Assembly (NCBI GenBank): GCA_964187785.1
Contig: OZ076409.1
Location: 47,494,001 to 47,558,000, forward strand
Source: Amphiscolops sp. MND2022
Taxonomy: Eukaryota
Direction of reading: 5' to 3'
DNA length: 64,000 nt
The position numbers and the translations under genes are program-made. Positions 61,893 through 64,000 of this stretch are shown piece after piece; the first letter of the stretch is position 1; the number at the start of each line of letters is the position of its first letter. The notes under the pieces are model-generated. The model made no database searches. It was given only the letters and a program-made list of their open reading frames with translations, and was not told the origin of the DNA.

Positions 61893-63064
61893 TTATTTTA
61901 TTCTGTTCCTAGGTTGATGATGTGCTATGAAATGTATCCCCAAAATCCTGGTTTCGAATATTTTCTTATGGTAAAGGCCTTATGGTTTGTAAACTTTAGG
62001 ATCAATTGAAAAATTCAGTTTCTTACATCCTGGCCCCAAATCTTAGTGTAGGTTCATCAAAATTTTCAAGAAATCATGTTTCTATTGACATCGACAACGA
62101 TTCCGTCGACTCGTTTTGCATTTGCGAATGATTCGTTTTGCACTTCGAGAATCTTGCCTTCAATTACACTTCCAACAAAGATTGCTTCGTAAAAGAATTT
62201 TCGCATTTTCAACCGTGTTTGTTTAATAGCTTATCATTTCAAATGCCCCAACGTGGATTTTTTAGGTTGCAGATTTTTTTCTCTATTGAATGAAACTGTT
62301 TGATATGGTTGAAAAGACAAAATTGTTTCTAACTTGCTGTTTCGGTATTCGACAATATCAGAAGCGTTCCCGAGTCTACAGCATTTGATCAAAATGGAAG
62401 ATTTTTCATGCTCACGAAAATTCCTATTTCAATATTTAAAAAATGCCAAAAAGCTGAAAACAGTTTAGCTACCACTTAAAAACGAAAGCTGTGAAAATCA
62501 CAGTGTTAAAACATTTGAAGAACGATTTTAGCTTTAACACAATTGCAAAAATGAAACCGCTTGATAGTTTCGTGGTTTTTCAAGTTGTTACTCTGAGAAA
62601 TACCATATTATCCTTAGGAAAAATCAACAATTTATATCCCAGACATGCAATTTATTGTGCATTTCCCTGAATTCGTCAAACAAAGTTTTCATTCCAAGAA
62701 GTCATCTGAAAGACCAAAAATCACAGAATAAGAGAGAAAAAAGATGATAGATGATAAAAGATGTTCTAAAACAACCAAAAATCTTTCTTCAGCAAATTCG
62801 GGTTCAATCCAACGCATTCTCTACATGTCAGAGCATGTCCTGGTCTACAATTAGACGGAATTTTGAGGAAACACGTTTTCCTGAACTGCCGCCAAAATTT
62901 TAAAATAAAAAAATTGATCAAATGAAATAGTGCTGAAAAAACCCAAAAAGTCACGATTTTTGTTCAACGTTCACAGATAAGACAAGGGTTTAGGGTTTGT
63001 TTGAATGGCGATGGAGTGGTACAAAAATTTCCGGCAACAAGTACCAGATTTGATGGCAAAGTAC

Positions 63065-63890
63065 AACAAGAAGGGAACTTATCAAGTCGGCGCTATACCT
63101 AAACCTCAAAAAGTTTTTGAAAGTCACACAGTGACGAAAAAAAATCGAAAGGGGGGACCCTTCAGTCTCGCCCGGTTTTGTAGGTTACCTTATGTAAAAA
63201 ATGGAAGGGGGACCCTTTGCACTAAGTTTGCCTTGGCCGGACATGGCCTGAGTCTGAGTAGTTTTAGTAGCTTCGAAGGTGCTTTTCGTGTTCGGAAAAC
63301 GCTTCAGAAGTTCGGATATAGCTTGCTGGAACAAACGGGAGCGCTTGTATTTGAACGCCCTCCTGCGCCTTGGTAAATCCTCCTAGCCAATCCTCCTATC
63401 CTAGAAGCTCGGATATAACGTCAAAAATTCGGATAGTATTGAAAAAAAATCATTTGTAGGAATAAATTGGGGAAACCAAAATTCAGACGAAAAACGAGAA
63501 TTTTGAAACAGTTTCATTGTGCCGAAAAAGTAAAAAGGGGCAACATTTGGGGTTTTTCCCATCCATTGTGTTGCGAAACATCAAAAGTTGAATGGGGGAC
63601 CTTTGGAGACAAAAAAGTTCGAAAAAAGTCTCAGTGCTGAAAAAATTGAAATCGGGGACCATGTAGTCACTTCCGATTTTTATGGTTACGTTAAAAAATA
63701 AAAAAATAATAGAGGAGACCCTTTGCATTAACGTTTGCAACAGATGCGTTTACCAGGCATTCGTTATGCTGAACAAACTGAACAAAAATCGATTTCGTCT
63801 CAAAATTCGACATTCGAATCGGTCTCAAGAAAACTAAACGAGTGACTGTAATAGTTGTGCTCTTTTATTATATAAAAGCGCCGACTGAAA
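63065..63890 (-). mobile_element. HINE family 1 copy
   Basis: AACAAGAAGGGAAC..CAAGTCGGCGCTATACCTAAACCTCAAAA (reverse 3' end) and AAAAGCGCCGACTGAAA (reverse 5' end); GGGGACCCTT modules. Confidence 0.72.
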
Positions 63891-64000
63891 TACCAGACGG
63901 AAACGGCCCAAAGACACAATTTTTTTCAGAAGACGTCTCGTAGTGCCCAAAAAGGAGGTTTAGACTTTCGGCCGAAAACTCTTGATAAAGTCAAGGCGGT

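Overview
AT-rich, repeat-dense eukaryotic (invertebrate-animal-like) genomic DNA; no prokaryotic features or CRISPR were seen. There are three host protein-coding genes, all on the + strand: (1) a 7-exon eIF4H-like RRM gene that the ORF track only partly shows (join 4910-5026, 7637-7685, 7759-7823, 10368-10713, 11687-11941, 12132-12356, 12687-13123; about 497 aa, with long RGG and Ser/Gly extensions); (2) an intronless PARL-type mitochondrial rhomboid protease (15149-16138); (3) an uncharacterised protein of about 550 aa, probably C2-like/CCDC17-related (60237-61892). Most of the rest is transposon-derived: a 5'-truncated L2-type LINE, nested Mutator-like MITEs, an apparently intact autonomous hAT in eIF4H intron 1 (5212-7407), at least three non-autonomous Helentron-like (HINE) families, a Tc1 remnant, hAT- and EnSpm-type MITEs, and a degenerate satellite of about 170 bp. 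The dominant structure is a four-copy head-to-tail array (29081-58440, unit about 7.3 kb) of an already-dead Ty3/Gypsy element plus its 5' flank. Only the last copy keeps the PPT, 3' LTR and downstream TSD. All calls come from manual reading; no database searches or alignments were run.
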